Made by a program: the position numbers and the translations under genes. From Planctomycetota bacterium (GTDB taxonomy: Bacteria; Planctomycetota; UBA1135; UBA2386), in the NCBI GenBank assembly GCA_947501605.1, contig CANMWZ010000008.1:61255-125254 (forward strand): a stretch of 64,000 nucleotides of DNA. Reading direction: 5' to 3'. The notes under the pieces were generated by a model. The model worked only from the letters and a program-made list of their open reading frames with translations, did no database searches and was not told the origin of the DNA. Shown one piece after another: positions 9,755 through 19,305 of the stretch. Position 1 is the first letter of the stretch. Each line of letters starts with the position of its first letter.

Positions 9755-9825
9755 GGTCCCGTAGCCAAGTGGTTAGGCAACGGATTGCAAATCCGTCTAC
9801 GGCGGTTCGATTCCGCCCGGGACCT
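9755..9825 (+). tRNA. tRNA-Cys (GCA)
   Basis: Acceptor stem GGTCCCG/CGGGACC, D arm GCC-AAGTGGTTA-GGC, anticodon arm ACGGA-TTGCAAA-TCCGT, T arm GGCGG-TTCGATT-CCGCC, U discriminator; CCA not encoded. Confidence 0.97.
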
Positions 9826-9872
9826 CACTCCTCTCTCGGCCCTCAAGACCGGCCGCGCAGCGTCTCTCCAAC

Positions 9873-9957
9873 ACTGGCGCCCATTACTGGCGGCCCATTA
9901 CTGGCGGCCCATCACCGCCGGCAGCCCATCACCGCCGGCGGCCCATTACCGCCGGCA
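9873..9957 (+). repeat. Degenerate 13-17-nt tandem repeat (core GCCCATYAC..GGC) between tRNA-Cys and a convergent gene
   Basis: actggcgcccatt actggcggcccatt actggcggcccatc accgccggcagcccatc accgccggcggcccatt accgccggca. Confidence 0.85.
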
Positions 9958-9979
9958 ATCGGCGCCCTGACGGATCGCG

Positions 9980-10960
9980 TCACTTGTTGGCCGGTAGACC
10001 CGTGCTGAGTTCGTCGCGCACGCGCTCGAGCAGCGCCTTGGTCGCGCGAATCCCTTCGTCCTCCGAGAGGCGACCGCCCTCGTACTCGATTCCGATACGG
10101 CCACGCCAACCGTGGTCAAGGCAGCAGATGCGCAGCATCTGCCGGTAGTCGGTGCCGGTCTCATCACCCTTCTCGTCAAAGTCGTGGGACTTGGCCGAGA
10201 CGCCTTTGGCGAACGGCATGAGTTCGGCCGTGCCGATGTAGCGATCGTACAGCTCGTCTTTGCTGACGCGGAAGTTGCCAAAGTCCGGCAGCGCCCCCAT
10301 GCGTGGGTGCCCCACCATCGCCAACACGGTGCTGAGCCACTTGCCGTTGCTCGACAAGCCCCCGTGGTTCTCGACGATGACGTTCACGCCAGCGGTTTCG
10401 CCGTACTCGCATAGACGTCGCAGACCGTCGACCGCGAGCTTCGTCTGCTCCGCCCACGAACCGCTGCTTTGCGCGTTGACGCGGATCGAGTGGCAACCAA
10501 GGCTCCTCGCTGCATCGATCCACTTGTGATGGTTGGCGACTGCCTCGCTGCGCTTCTTCGCATCCGGATCGCCGAGTGCGCCTTCGCCATCAACCATGAT
10601 CAGCACGCTTTGAACGCCTTCGCTCTCACAGACCGTCTTTAGGTCCTTCAGGTACCGAGCGTCCTGCGCCTGTTCCTTCCAGAAGCTGTTCACGTACTCG
10701 ACCGCGTCGATCCCGTACGCCTTGGCGCGCTTGGGGAAGGTCAGATTGTCTTTGCCGTCGCGACCGAGCGTGCGATGCAGGGACCACTGGGCGAGGCTGA
10801 TGGTGAACAGAGGCTCGCCGCGATCCTGGCCCAAGGCCGGAGTCGCCGCTTCCGCGGGCAGCCCCAGCAACGAGAAGCCGCCGAGGCCAGCCGCGCCAGT
10901 AGCAGCGGCGCGGAGGAACTGACGACGATGTGCGAGCGAGCGAGAGGAGTCGTGGCTCAT
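9980..10960 (-). CDS. Tat-exported sugar phosphate isomerase/epimerase (xylose isomerase-like TIM barrel)
   Basis: RRQFL twin-arginine signal; ISLAQWS, VENHGG, LPDFGNF, SAKS, GIEYEG. Confidence 0.88.
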   Translation of the reverse strand: MSHDSSRSLAHRRQFLRAAATGAAGLGGFSLLGLPAEAATPALGQDRGEPLFTISLAQWSLHRTLGRDGKDNLTFPKRAKAYGIDAVEYVNSFWKEQAQDARYLKDLKTVCESEGVQSVLIMVDGEGALGDPDAKKRSEAVANHHKWIDAARSLGCHSIRVNAQSSGSWAEQTKLAVDGLRRLCEYGETAGVNVIVENHGGLSSNGKWLSTVLAMVGHPRMGALPDFGNFRVSKDELYDRYIGTAELMPFAKGVSAKSHDFDEKGDETGTDYRQMLRICCLDHGWRGRIGIEYEGGRLSEDEGIRATKALLERVRDELSTGLPANK

Positions 10961-11056
10961 CGTCGCATTGGAGCGCACACGGACCGGCGCGCAACCGCCG
11001 GGTGCCTGCCCACGAGATCTCGGCCTTTACCCGAGGCTCGCGCAGCCTCTCTCGAC

Positions 11057-12757
11057 TCACATCATGGGCGTCGGCGCCATCGCCGCTGCGTTCGGATCGA
11101 TCGGGCCGAGGATCTTCTTCGTCACTGCCGACTCGCCAAACGTCCAGACCATGGACGTGACCATGTAGACCATCAACCCGGCGGCATAGTTGTAGAGCAG
11201 CACACCGAACATGAGCGGCATGTAGCGCATGATCTGCTGCATCTGCCGCTGCTGCGGATCGGTCGGCAACGGCATCTTGGACTGCAGGATCAGCATCAGC
11301 GAGATCCAGACCAGTGGCAGGATGTTGAAGTGGCCCGGCCAGAAGGGCAGCCCGAACAGCATGTCTGGCGCACTGAGATCGCCCATGAACAGGAAGCCCT
11401 GATGGCGCAGGTCGTAGGCCGTGCGCAGCGCCGTGAAGAGGCCGATGTAGATCGGCATCGTCAGAAAGATGGGCAGGCAACCGCCGAGCGGCGGCATCAG
11501 CTTGTTCTCGCGCTGGAATGCGATCATCGCCTGCTGGTAGGCCTTCGGATCGTCGGCGTATTGCTCCTTGATCTTGTCGAGCTTGGGTTTCACCACGGCC
11601 ATGCGCTTGCCGTACGCCCGCATCGACTTCTGCATGCGGAAGTTCAGCGGCGCGAGACAGCCGCGGACGAGGATCGTCAGCAGCATGATCGACACACCCC
11701 AGACGCCACACATGCCGTGGAACAAGCCGAGAAGCTTGACCAGCATGGTCGCCATGAAGCGACCGCCAGGGATCACGATGCTGCCGCAGCACGGTGGCTC
11801 CAGATCGACATCGAGAATCGGCGAGAAGCGCGCATGCTCGGGGCTCTCGTCGAACACCGAGAACGACTTCGGCCCCAGGTAGAGCCCGAACGACACCGTG
11901 CTCGCCGAGCCAATCACCGGGATCGGCAGACGCAACTGCACGAGCGTGCGAGGCATCGAGCGCGCGGCCACCATGAGATCGGCGTTGGCGATCCGCGGCA
12001 GCGACTCGACGTCGACACGGGTCACCGCCGAGCGCGTCGCCTCATCCATCGGGAACAGGAAGCTGCCGAAAAAGCGGTTGGAGGACCCGGTCATCTCGAA
12101 GCGCTGCGCGTCGAACATCATCAGGTCCTGTCGCGCTCCCTCGGCACTGGCCCCTACGTGCGCAACCTCACCCGTCTCGGTCGATGCAACTGCCCACGCC
12201 GAGGTGCCGAACATCGCCAACTCCGTGCGGTTGACGATTGCGGGACCACTCATCTGCAGCATGACGCTGGGGACGGCGGCATCCGCGAGGCGCAGATTCT
12301 CGAGCTTCAACTCGATTGCGAAGCCGCGCTGGTCTTGTCGATGACGGAAGGTCTTGGTGAGCCGCAGTCCGCGAGATGACTCGATGGCGAAGGACACTGC
12401 CCCAGGTGCGACGGAGCGGGACCAAGCTTGGTCCCACGGATTCTTGTCGAACAACGACGTTTCGACTTCACGCACCAACAGCGAGTAGTCGCTGCCATTG
12501 CCCACCAGCAGCATGTAGTCAGCGGCGGTCAACTCCTCTGGCTTCTTCGCTTGCGCCGAGGGCGTGGCGAAGTGATCCATCAACTGCAGGAAGTAGATGC
12601 CGGCGCCGCGGTCGTCGAACTTGACGCGAAAACTCCCCTGCTGGCCAGGTGCGCCGAACTCGTGCGTGAACGCGGGCTCGCTCTGCGCTCGCAGCGAGGC
12701 GCTAACGAAGGCGAACAAGAAAGCGATCAGGTAGCGGTACATGCGGGAATGCGGCAT
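11057..12757 (-). CDS. yidC: Membrane protein insertase YidC
   Basis: YLGPK, WGVSIMLLTILVR, GGCLPIFLTMPI, DLSAPD, GLMVYM; the start may be 12742. Confidence 0.95.
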   Translation of the reverse strand: MPHSRMYRYLIAFLFAFVSASLRAQSEPAFTHEFGAPGQQGSFRVKFDDRGAGIYFLQLMDHFATPSAQAKKPEELTAADYMLLVGNGSDYSLLVREVETSLFDKNPWDQAWSRSVAPGAVSFAIESSRGLRLTKTFRHRQDQRGFAIELKLENLRLADAAVPSVMLQMSGPAIVNRTELAMFGTSAWAVASTETGEVAHVGASAEGARQDLMMFDAQRFEMTGSSNRFFGSFLFPMDEATRSAVTRVDVESLPRIANADLMVAARSMPRTLVQLRLPIPVIGSASTVSFGLYLGPKSFSVFDESPEHARFSPILDVDLEPPCCGSIVIPGGRFMATMLVKLLGLFHGMCGVWGVSIMLLTILVRGCLAPLNFRMQKSMRAYGKRMAVVKPKLDKIKEQYADDPKAYQQAMIAFQRENKLMPPLGGCLPIFLTMPIYIGLFTALRTAYDLRHQGFLFMGDLSAPDMLFGLPFWPGHFNILPLVWISLMLILQSKMPLPTDPQQRQMQQIMRYMPLMFGVLLYNYAAGLMVYMVTSMVWTFGESAVTKKILGPIDPNAAAMAPTPMM

Positions 12758-12818
12758 CGTTGGTCCGGCCTACAGGTCGGCGGTCATGGCGTCGGCGGCG
12801 ACACTCTGGCTCTTCTGC

Positions 12819-13574
12819 TCAACGCCCTTGAGCCAAGCGATCGGCTAGGTAGCCGGGCAGTTCGGGGATCGCGCGGATCTTGCGCATAGTCGCTTCGTGG
12901 TCGTAGGCGACGCGGTGGAACTGTGCGACCTTGCCATCCAGGGTGACGAATGAAGCTCGCGTGTCGCCGTCGCGTGGCTGACCAACAGACCCGATGTTGA
13001 TGATGACCTTGCCTTCACCCAACTCGTAACGATCGCCGAGTTCGCTTGGCGGATAGAAGCCGCCACTCTCGTGGAAAAGGCCGGGCACGTGGCTATGGCC
13101 GACGAAGCAGAGCTTCGCGCTACCCATGCGCTCGAAGCACTCGCCCATCTTGCCGCGGTCCTGGCCGTCGCGCGGGACGAGGTACTCACGAACTGGGTCG
13201 CGCGGGGAACCGTGCACCAGCAGCATGTCGCCCTCGCGATAGGTCTCCTTCATGCCGTCGAGGTACTTCCACAGCCGCATGTTCTCTTCGCGCGGCCGGT
13301 CTTTGCGATTGAGCTGGTCGCGAGTCCAGTCGATCGCCGCCCTCGCCTTGTCGTTGAAGTCCGAGGCATAGAACATGGCACCGTGCTCATGGTTGCCTAG
13401 CAACGACAGTTCGGCTCGCCCCATCACCATCAGCAGGGTCTCACGCGGCTCCGGTCCATAGCCGATCACGTCGCCAAGGCAGAGGACACGTTTGCAGCCG
13501 AGCTCGTCAATGCGTTGAAAGCACGCGGTCAGCGCCTCGGTGTTGCTGTGGATGTCAGAGACGAATGCGATCAT
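12819..13574 (-). CDS. Calcineurin-like metallophosphoesterase
   Basis: SDIHSN, LGDVIGYG, GNHE, HGSP, GHSH, GSVGQPRD. Confidence 0.93.
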   Translation of the reverse strand: MIAFVSDIHSNTEALTACFQRIDELGCKRVLCLGDVIGYGPEPRETLLMVMGRAELSLLGNHEHGAMFYASDFNDKARAAIDWTRDQLNRKDRPREENMRLWKYLDGMKETYREGDMLLVHGSPRDPVREYLVPRDGQDRGKMGECFERMGSAKLCFVGHSHVPGLFHESGGFYPPSELGDRYELGEGKVIINIGSVGQPRDGDTRASFVTLDGKVAQFHRVAYDHEATMRKIRAIPELPGYLADRLAQGR

Positions 13575-13675
13575 GTCCGGTTCTCGCGGGACCATGGATC
13601 GCCCGCGGGGGCGGAGACGGTACCGACGCCAGCGTCCCACTGCCAGGAACGATCGGCTATCTTGCGGACGAGCCG

Positions 13676-14611
13676 ATGTCTCCGTCACCCCCACCGCGTG
13701 GTCCATCCCAGGAACCCCTGTGGGTCGTCACTGGCCCTACCGCCTCGGGCAAGTCGGCGCTCGCCCTGGAGCTTGCGGAGCGCTGCTCGGGCGAGATCCT
13801 GTCAATGGACTCGATGACGGTTTACCGGCGCATGGACCTAGGCACGGCCAAGCCGACCTCAGCCGAACGAACTCGGGTCCCGCATCACCTCATCGACCTC
13901 GTCGAGCCCGACCAGGAGTTTGACACGGCGCGCTGGTGCATCGCCGCGGCAGCGGCCGTCGACGATGTTCGCGGTCGCGGCCGAAGGCCGATCTTCGTCG
14001 GCGGAACCCCGCTCTACCTCATGGCCTTCTTCAAGGGCCTGATGCATGGCCCAGCCGCCAATGCCGAACTTCGGCAGCAGCTGGCGGATCGGGAGACAGC
14101 GGAGCCAGGGTGCCTTCACCGCCAACTCGAGCAGCTCGATCCAACGGCTGCGGCGCGCATCCATCGGCACGATCAGCGTCGCGTCGTGCGCGCACTCGAA
14201 GTGGTGCTCACCACTGGCAGGCCGATCTCCGAGCAGCAAGAACATTTCGACCGCGACACATGGTCGCGACCATGCCGTCTCATAGCCCTCAACTGGCCGC
14301 GTGAGACCCTGCACGAACGCGTGAAGGCGCGCACCGAGGCCATGCTCGACAGCGGCCTGCTTGCCGAGGTCGAGGTGATCGAACGTAGCGGCGGCTTCTC
14401 GCGGACCGCAGGCGCGGCGATCGGCTACGCCGAGTGCCGCGACTTCTTGCGCGGCCGCTACAAAGACCGCACGGAGTTGCGCAACCGAATCCGCCGCAAC
14501 ACGCATCACTTGATCCGAAGGCAGAGCACCTGGCTCCGACGACTCCGTGATGTGCGCTGGCTGCCCGGCGACACCGACGTCGCGGCCATGATGCAGAAGC
14601 TAGTTGACTGA
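13676..14611 (+). CDS. miaA: tRNA dimethylallyltransferase
   Basis: GPTASGKS, DSMTVYRRMDLGTAKP, PHHLID, GGTPLY, RALEV, AIGY. Confidence 0.96.
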   Translation: MSPSPPPRGPSQEPLWVVTGPTASGKSALALELAERCSGEILSMDSMTVYRRMDLGTAKPTSAERTRVPHHLIDLVEPDQEFDTARWCIAAAAAVDDVRGRGRRPIFVGGTPLYLMAFFKGLMHGPAANAELRQQLADRETAEPGCLHRQLEQLDPTAAARIHRHDQRRVVRALEVVLTTGRPISEQQEHFDRDTWSRPCRLIALNWPRETLHERVKARTEAMLDSGLLAEVEVIERSGGFSRTAGAAIGYAECRDFLRGRYKDRTELRNRIRRNTHHLIRRQSTWLRRLRDVRWLPGDTDVAAMMQKLVD

Positions 14612-14666
14612 GCGGGGCGCATTCTCGACGTGCGGTGGCCATGCTGCGCGCTACTCTCAGCCGCCC

Positions 14667-15317
14667 GTGACCGCCCAACCGACTGATCCCGCTGCACTCG
14701 TCAGCAAAGCCAAGGCAATGGGTGTTGCGATCGACGAGTCGGCAGCAGCGTTGCTGCTCGCCTACCTCGACGCGATGCTCACCGTCAACGAGCACATCAA
14801 CCTGACCGGAGTCCGGGATCGCGAGCAAGCTGTCGTGCTGCACGCGTTGGACAGCCTTGCCTTCGGACTCACGGAATCGCGACCGTCACATGCCCTCGAC
14901 CTCGGCACCGGCAACGGCTTCCCCGGGGTGGCGGTGGCGATGCTGCATCCGCGAACGTCGGTCGTGCTCCTCGACCGCACGGCGAAGAAGATCCGGGCTA
15001 TCGGCGCCTGCCTGCTGACAGCTCGCATCCAGGGCGTTGAGACGGCAACCGTGGATGCGGCGCAGGCTCCTGGCCTGCACAAAGAGATGCGCGGGGCCTT
15101 CGATCTCGTAGTAGCACGCGCAGTCGGGGCCCCCGCCGAGATGGCGCAGATGGCAAAGCCACTGCTGTCCCAAAAGGGTCAACTGGTGCTCTGGCTCGAC
15201 GCGGCGGCCGAAGCCCCCGCCCAACTCGACGGCATGAAGCGCGAGCGAGACATCGGCTACGACCTCCCGGAGCCGGCGGCACGGCACCGTCGCTTGGTCA
15301 TCTACCGCCGCGCGTAG
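14667..15317 (+). CDS. rsmG: 16S rRNA m7G527 methyltransferase
   Basis: NLTG, HALDSL, DLGTGNGFPG, FDLVVARAV; start uncertain (14604 or 14667). Confidence 0.9.
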   Translation: MTAQPTDPAALVSKAKAMGVAIDESAAALLLAYLDAMLTVNEHINLTGVRDREQAVVLHALDSLAFGLTESRPSHALDLGTGNGFPGVAVAMLHPRTSVVLLDRTAKKIRAIGACLLTARIQGVETATVDAAQAPGLHKEMRGAFDLVVARAVGAPAEMAQMAKPLLSQKGQLVLWLDAAAEAPAQLDGMKRERDIGYDLPEPAARHRRLVIYRRA

Positions 15318-15343
15318 GCTCGCAGCCCATCGCGTGCAAACAG

Positions 15344-15407
15344 CGGCCCTCGACGGGCCGTTCCCGGCACAGGTCCTTCCCGGAACAGGCGCGTTCCCGG
15401 AACAACC
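15344..15407. repeat. Hairpin plus three TTCCCGG(C/A)ACA repeats at a convergent junction
   Basis: cggccc-tcgac-gggccg (15344-15360), then ttcccggcaca, ttcccggaaca, ttcccggaaca with 16-17-nt spacing. Confidence 0.75.
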
Positions 15408-15457
15408 AAGCCGCCGCGCAGCTACCAGACCCACATTTACGCGGGTTCGCTTGGCAA

Positions 15458-15832
15458 TCAGCGCGTCGTGATCTCGTCGATCAGCGGCATGCTCGTCACG
15501 GTCACGAGGCCGAACCGACCGAGGTGCTCAAGCTTGCTCGTGCTCGACGGGTAGTTGACCATCGGATCGTTCTTGTCGTAGTTCCAGAAGTGGCGATCGA
15601 TGGTGTCGCAGATCTTCATCAGATCGCGGCCAAACGCGTTGTTGCGGCCGTCATTGCGACGGCGCACGCCGCGGAAGAACGACTCCGTCTCGTACTTGTC
15701 CGCGAGGCCTTCCACGTCGCGCAGACCCATGTCGCGCTGTTCCTGGGTCAAGCCCGAGGAGTGGCCTTGCCACGTGAAGCTCTGGCATGCACCGAGCGAA
15801 AGAAGAGCGACAGCGAGGGCGAACTTGCGCAT
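15458..15832 (-). CDS. Hypothetical lipoprotein
   Basis: MRKFALAVALLSLGAC lipobox; 124 aa with protein-like composition. Confidence 0.75.
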   Translation of the reverse strand: MRKFALAVALLSLGACQSFTWQGHSSGLTQEQRDMGLRDVEGLADKYETESFFRGVRRRNDGRNNAFGRDLMKICDTIDRHFWNYDKNDPMVNYPSSTSKLEHLGRFGLVTVTSMPLIDEITTR

Positions 15833-16071
15833 GGGTCGTGCGAAAACGCTGGGGAAGAGGGGTCTTTAGGGGCGAGTGCGACCGCGGGGCACGCGGCGCA
15901 GGGGCGGGAAGTTACTAGCCGGAAAACCTGTTCGCAATCACTTCTCCACGAACTTCCTCGGGCCGAAAACACGCAGGCCTCACGGCGATGCGACCTGAAG
16001 GTGGACCGTGGCCGACAACGGATCCCAAAGCCCCCTTGCGGCCCGGGCCCTCGATTCGCCACGATCCGCGC

Positions 16072-17361
16072 ATGTCTCGCATGATGTGCCCGCGTGGCAC
16101 GGACGACCTTCTACCCGAAGCCCTGCCGGCCCTCGACCACGTGTTCGCGGCCTTCCACAGGACCATGGACACGTTTGGCTACCGGGAGATCCGCACGCCG
16201 ATGTTCGAGGAAACCGCGTTGTTCGTGCGGAGCCTCGGTGACGAAAGCGATGTCGTCAGCAAGGAGATGTTCAGCGTCCAACGCGGCGATACCAACGTGA
16301 CCTTCCGCCCTGAAGGTACGGCACCGGTAGTGCGCGCCTACCTGCAGCACAACCTCGACAAGACCCGCGCCTTTCAGAAGTTCTGGTACGGCGGACCGAT
16401 GTTTCGCTTCGAACGCCCCCAGGCAGGTCGTAGCCGTCAGTTCTACCAGCTAGGCGTCGAGGCTCTCGGCAGTCACAGCCCGCTGCTCGACTCCGAAGTC
16501 GTACTGCTGGCCCATCGCGCCTTTGCAGCGATGGGGCTTCGCAACTACCGCGTCCACTGCAACTCGATCGGCGACGCGGAAGATCGCACGACATTCCGCC
16601 TCGTCCTGCGAGCCTACTTCCAGCCGCTCCTGCAGCAGCGCTGCGACGACTGCCAGCGCCGCTTCGAGCGCAACGTGTTCCGCATGCTCGACTGCAAGGT
16701 TCCGCAGTGCCAGGCAACCAACAAGGCAGCGCCGCAATTTCTCGACCACCTTCGGCCGGCGAGCCGCGCGCGCTTCGACGAATCGCTAGCCGTGCTCCAG
16801 GCGTTCGACGTGCCCATCATCGTGGATCCCGGGATCGTGCGTGGCTTCGACTACTACACGCATCTTGTCTTCGAGGTGCGCTGCCCCGACCTTGGCGCGC
16901 GCGACGCGATCTGTGGCGGCGGCCGATACGACGGCCTCATCGAGCAAATGGGTGGCCCGTCCTTGGGCGCAGTAGGCTTCGCGATCGGCGTCACCCCGAC
17001 GCTGCTGGCGCTCGAGATCCAGAAGCACCCGGCGATCGCACCGCGCGAGAACTTCGCCGCGGTGTTCGTGGCGCCAATTGGCGACAGCGAACGCACCGCG
17101 GCACTCCGACTGTGCCAACAGTTGCGTGACCAGGGCATCCCCTGCGACACGGATTACGAGCAGAAGAGCTTGAAGGCCCAGTTCAAGTCCGCCGACAAGC
17201 GCGGAGTCAAAGTGATGTTGGTGCTTGGGCCCGACGAGGTGCAGAACGGTCGCGTGCAGGTGCGCGCATTGCATCTAGGCCAGGACCACCAGTTGGCGCT
17301 CGACTCCGAACTTGCAGCCCACGTCCGCCAACTGCTCGCGACCACAAAGACCGCACCGTGA
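16072..17361 (+). CDS. hisS: Histidyl-tRNA synthetase
   Basis: PRGTDD, RPEGTA, FRFERPQAGRSRQFYQ, VRGFDYYT, GGGRYD, C-terminal anticodon-binding domain. Confidence 0.97.
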   Translation: MSRMMCPRGTDDLLPEALPALDHVFAAFHRTMDTFGYREIRTPMFEETALFVRSLGDESDVVSKEMFSVQRGDTNVTFRPEGTAPVVRAYLQHNLDKTRAFQKFWYGGPMFRFERPQAGRSRQFYQLGVEALGSHSPLLDSEVVLLAHRAFAAMGLRNYRVHCNSIGDAEDRTTFRLVLRAYFQPLLQQRCDDCQRRFERNVFRMLDCKVPQCQATNKAAPQFLDHLRPASRARFDESLAVLQAFDVPIIVDPGIVRGFDYYTHLVFEVRCPDLGARDAICGGGRYDGLIEQMGGPSLGAVGFAIGVTPTLLALEIQKHPAIAPRENFAAVFVAPIGDSERTAALRLCQQLRDQGIPCDTDYEQKSLKAQFKSADKRGVKVMLVLGPDEVQNGRVQVRALHLGQDHQLALDSELAAHVRQLLATTKTAP

Positions 17362-17987
17362 ACGCCAAGGCCAAGGCCGATGGGCTCGCGCTCTACGGCG
17401 GCGCGTTCAATCCCCCGCACCTCACCCACCGGCGCATCGTCGAAGCCGCGCTACTGCAGTTGCCAGTGGCAGAACTTGCGGTGCTCCCGACTGGCAACCA
17501 CCCACACAAGAAAGCTCGCGAGGTGGCCACGGCGGAACACCGACTGGCGATGTGCCAGCTTGCGTTCGGCGCCATGCCGCGGGTGCGCATCGACGACCGT
17601 GAGCTCCGCCGCAGCGGCATGTCGTTCACGGTAACGACGCTCGAGGAGCTCTACGCCGAGGACCCGTCGAGGGAGCTGTGGTTCGTCATCGGCGCCGACA
17701 ACCTGCCGCTGCTGCCGAGCTGGCGCGAACACCACCGCATCTTGCAACTGGCGCGGATCGCGACCTTTCCCCGGCTGCATTGTCGTATCGAGCGCCGCGA
17801 ACTGGAACGCCTCGACCTGTCTGCCGACGAACGCGAACGCTTGCTGGAGCGCGTGCTCGTTCTCGAACCCGATGCGGTTGCAGCGCAGGATGTGCGAGCT
17901 CGCCTTCGGAGCGGTGAGTGCAACCTCCCCGAACTGGATGTCGCAGTCGAGTCCTACGTTCGCACCCACCACCTCTACGGGACCTGA
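17358..17987 (+). CDS. nadD: Nicotinate-nucleotide adenylyltransferase
   Basis: GGAFNPPHLTH, PHK, FVIGADNL..W, terminal LY; GTG start overlaps the hisS stop. Confidence 0.93.
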   Translation: MNAKAKADGLALYGGAFNPPHLTHRRIVEAALLQLPVAELAVLPTGNHPHKKAREVATAEHRLAMCQLAFGAMPRVRIDDRELRRSGMSFTVTTLEELYAEDPSRELWFVIGADNLPLLPSWREHHRILQLARIATFPRLHCRIERRELERLDLSADERERLLERVLVLEPDAVAAQDVRARLRSGECNLPELDVAVESYVRTHHLYGT

Positions 17988-17991
17988 CGAG

Positions 17992-18816
17992 ATGGCTGCG
18001 CTCGGCCCCTACTACGCAACACCGGCAGTCCTGGCCCTCACCGGAATCGCCCTGCTGTGGAACCGTCGCGTGCGCGGGTTCCTTCCCGATGACGTGCCCA
18101 GCCAAGGCCGCAAGCAGCACGGTCGGCGCATGCCACTCGCGGGCGTCGTCATAGTGCCGCCGATCCTCTTTTGGTTGCTCGCGGATCACCGATACGTGGT
18201 GGCCATCGCGGTGGCGGCCGTGGCAATCCTTGGCTTCGTCGATGACTGGCACAAGGAGAAGGGTCGGGACTTCGACTGGCGCATCAAAGCTGCCGGGCTC
18301 GGCACTGCGGCGTTCGCCATCCCGTGCACGCAGAGTTCACCGCTCGAGGATCCGATGCGGTTCCTGTTTGCGTGGGCTCTGGTGTTCGTCCTGACCAACG
18401 CGATCAACTTTCTCGACAACACGGACGGGGTCGCGGCGTCCGTAGCCGGGGCCAGTCTTGTCGGCGCCACACACGCAGAGGGCCCTCTCGCCGCCGCGGG
18501 CTTTGCGGCTTGCGGCTTCGTGGCGTGGAACTGGCCGCGACCACTGTGCTTCCTCGGCGATTGCGGTGCCTACGCGCTCGGTCTCTGCGCTGGCACGGTA
18601 TGCATCGAGTCCCTGCCCGCGTCCTCGGCGTTGTTGCCGTTCGCACTGCCGCTCTTCGATTTCGTGCAAGTGGTCACGGTGCGACTGTGCCTGGGGCTGC
18701 GACCATGGCGCGGTGATCGGCGCCACATCTCGCACATCCTGCAGAATGGAGGCCTACCGCGGTGGCTCGTTGCACCAGTGCTGGGCGCAGTGACCTGGTG
18801 GTGCGCAGGTTGGTGA
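17992..18816 (+). CDS. Polyprenyl-phosphate HexNAc-1-P transferase (MraY/WecA, Glycos_transf_4)
   Basis: KQH..P..G, GFVDD, NAINFLDNTDG, FLGDCG, DRRHISH; multiple TM segments. Confidence 0.88.
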   Translation: MAALGPYYATPAVLALTGIALLWNRRVRGFLPDDVPSQGRKQHGRRMPLAGVVIVPPILFWLLADHRYVVAIAVAAVAILGFVDDWHKEKGRDFDWRIKAAGLGTAAFAIPCTQSSPLEDPMRFLFAWALVFVLTNAINFLDNTDGVAASVAGASLVGATHAEGPLAAAGFAACGFVAWNWPRPLCFLGDCGAYALGLCAGTVCIESLPASSALLPFALPLFDFVQVVTVRLCLGLRPWRGDRRHISHILQNGGLPRWLVAPVLGAVTWWCAGW

Positions 18817-18830
18817 CGTGATCGAGCGGA

Positions 18831-19301
18831 TCAACTGCCCGCGGCTGCGGCTTGCTCGTCGACCCAACCCTGCCACGCCGCGACGTCGACCCCGAAATCC
18901 TTGCCCGTCAGCATCTGCAAGTTTCGTCGCGCGCTCTGCGCGATCTTCGCGTCTGTGGAGCCGAGCGCCGGCAGCAGAAGCCGCGCCGCCTCGAGCTTCT
19001 GGTCGGTTGGCCGCCCTTGCATCTCCGCGGTACGGCGGTTCTTGAACTCGATCAGTTCCTTCAGCACGGCGCTCATCATGGCGTGAAGGCGCAGCGACTC
19101 GCCCCACAGCAACAACGTGTAGAGCCCGAGCATGAACACGCAGAAGCCGAGTACGAAGTTCTGGCCGAAGGTCTTCGCCACCCAGTCGGCGCCCGGCAAG
19201 TAGCTGCCGAGCAAGGCGACGAAGGAAACGCCAAGCAAGAACAACGGCGTGACCTGTCGGAACAGCGCCTCGTAGCGCTGTGGCTGCTGGCCGGACAGCA
19301 T
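18831..19301 (-). CDS. Small membrane protein with 2 TM helices and a HEAT-like C-terminus
   Basis: Two hydrophobic segments, then NLQMLTGKDFGVDVAAWQGW; begins 4 nt after the sucD stop. Confidence 0.7.
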   Translation of the reverse strand: MLSGQQPQRYEALFRQVTPLFLLGVSFVALLGSYLPGADWVAKTFGQNFVLGFCVFMLGLYTLLLWGESLRLHAMMSAVLKELIEFKNRRTAEMQGRPTDQKLEAARLLLPALGSTDAKIAQSARRNLQMLTGKDFGVDVAAWQGWVDEQAAAAGS

Positions 19302-19305
19302 GGCG

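Noticed and set aside
9873..9957. Possible CRISPR array
   Set aside because: Units are 13-17 nt and contiguous, with no unique spacers and no cas genes in the window
9755..10960. tRNA-anchored genomic island or prophage
   Set aside because: No integrase, no duplicated tRNA 3' end noticed, and the flanking genes are ordinary
10775..12379. 534-aa plus-strand ORF
   Set aside because: Antisense to yidC; Arg/His-rich non-protein-like composition
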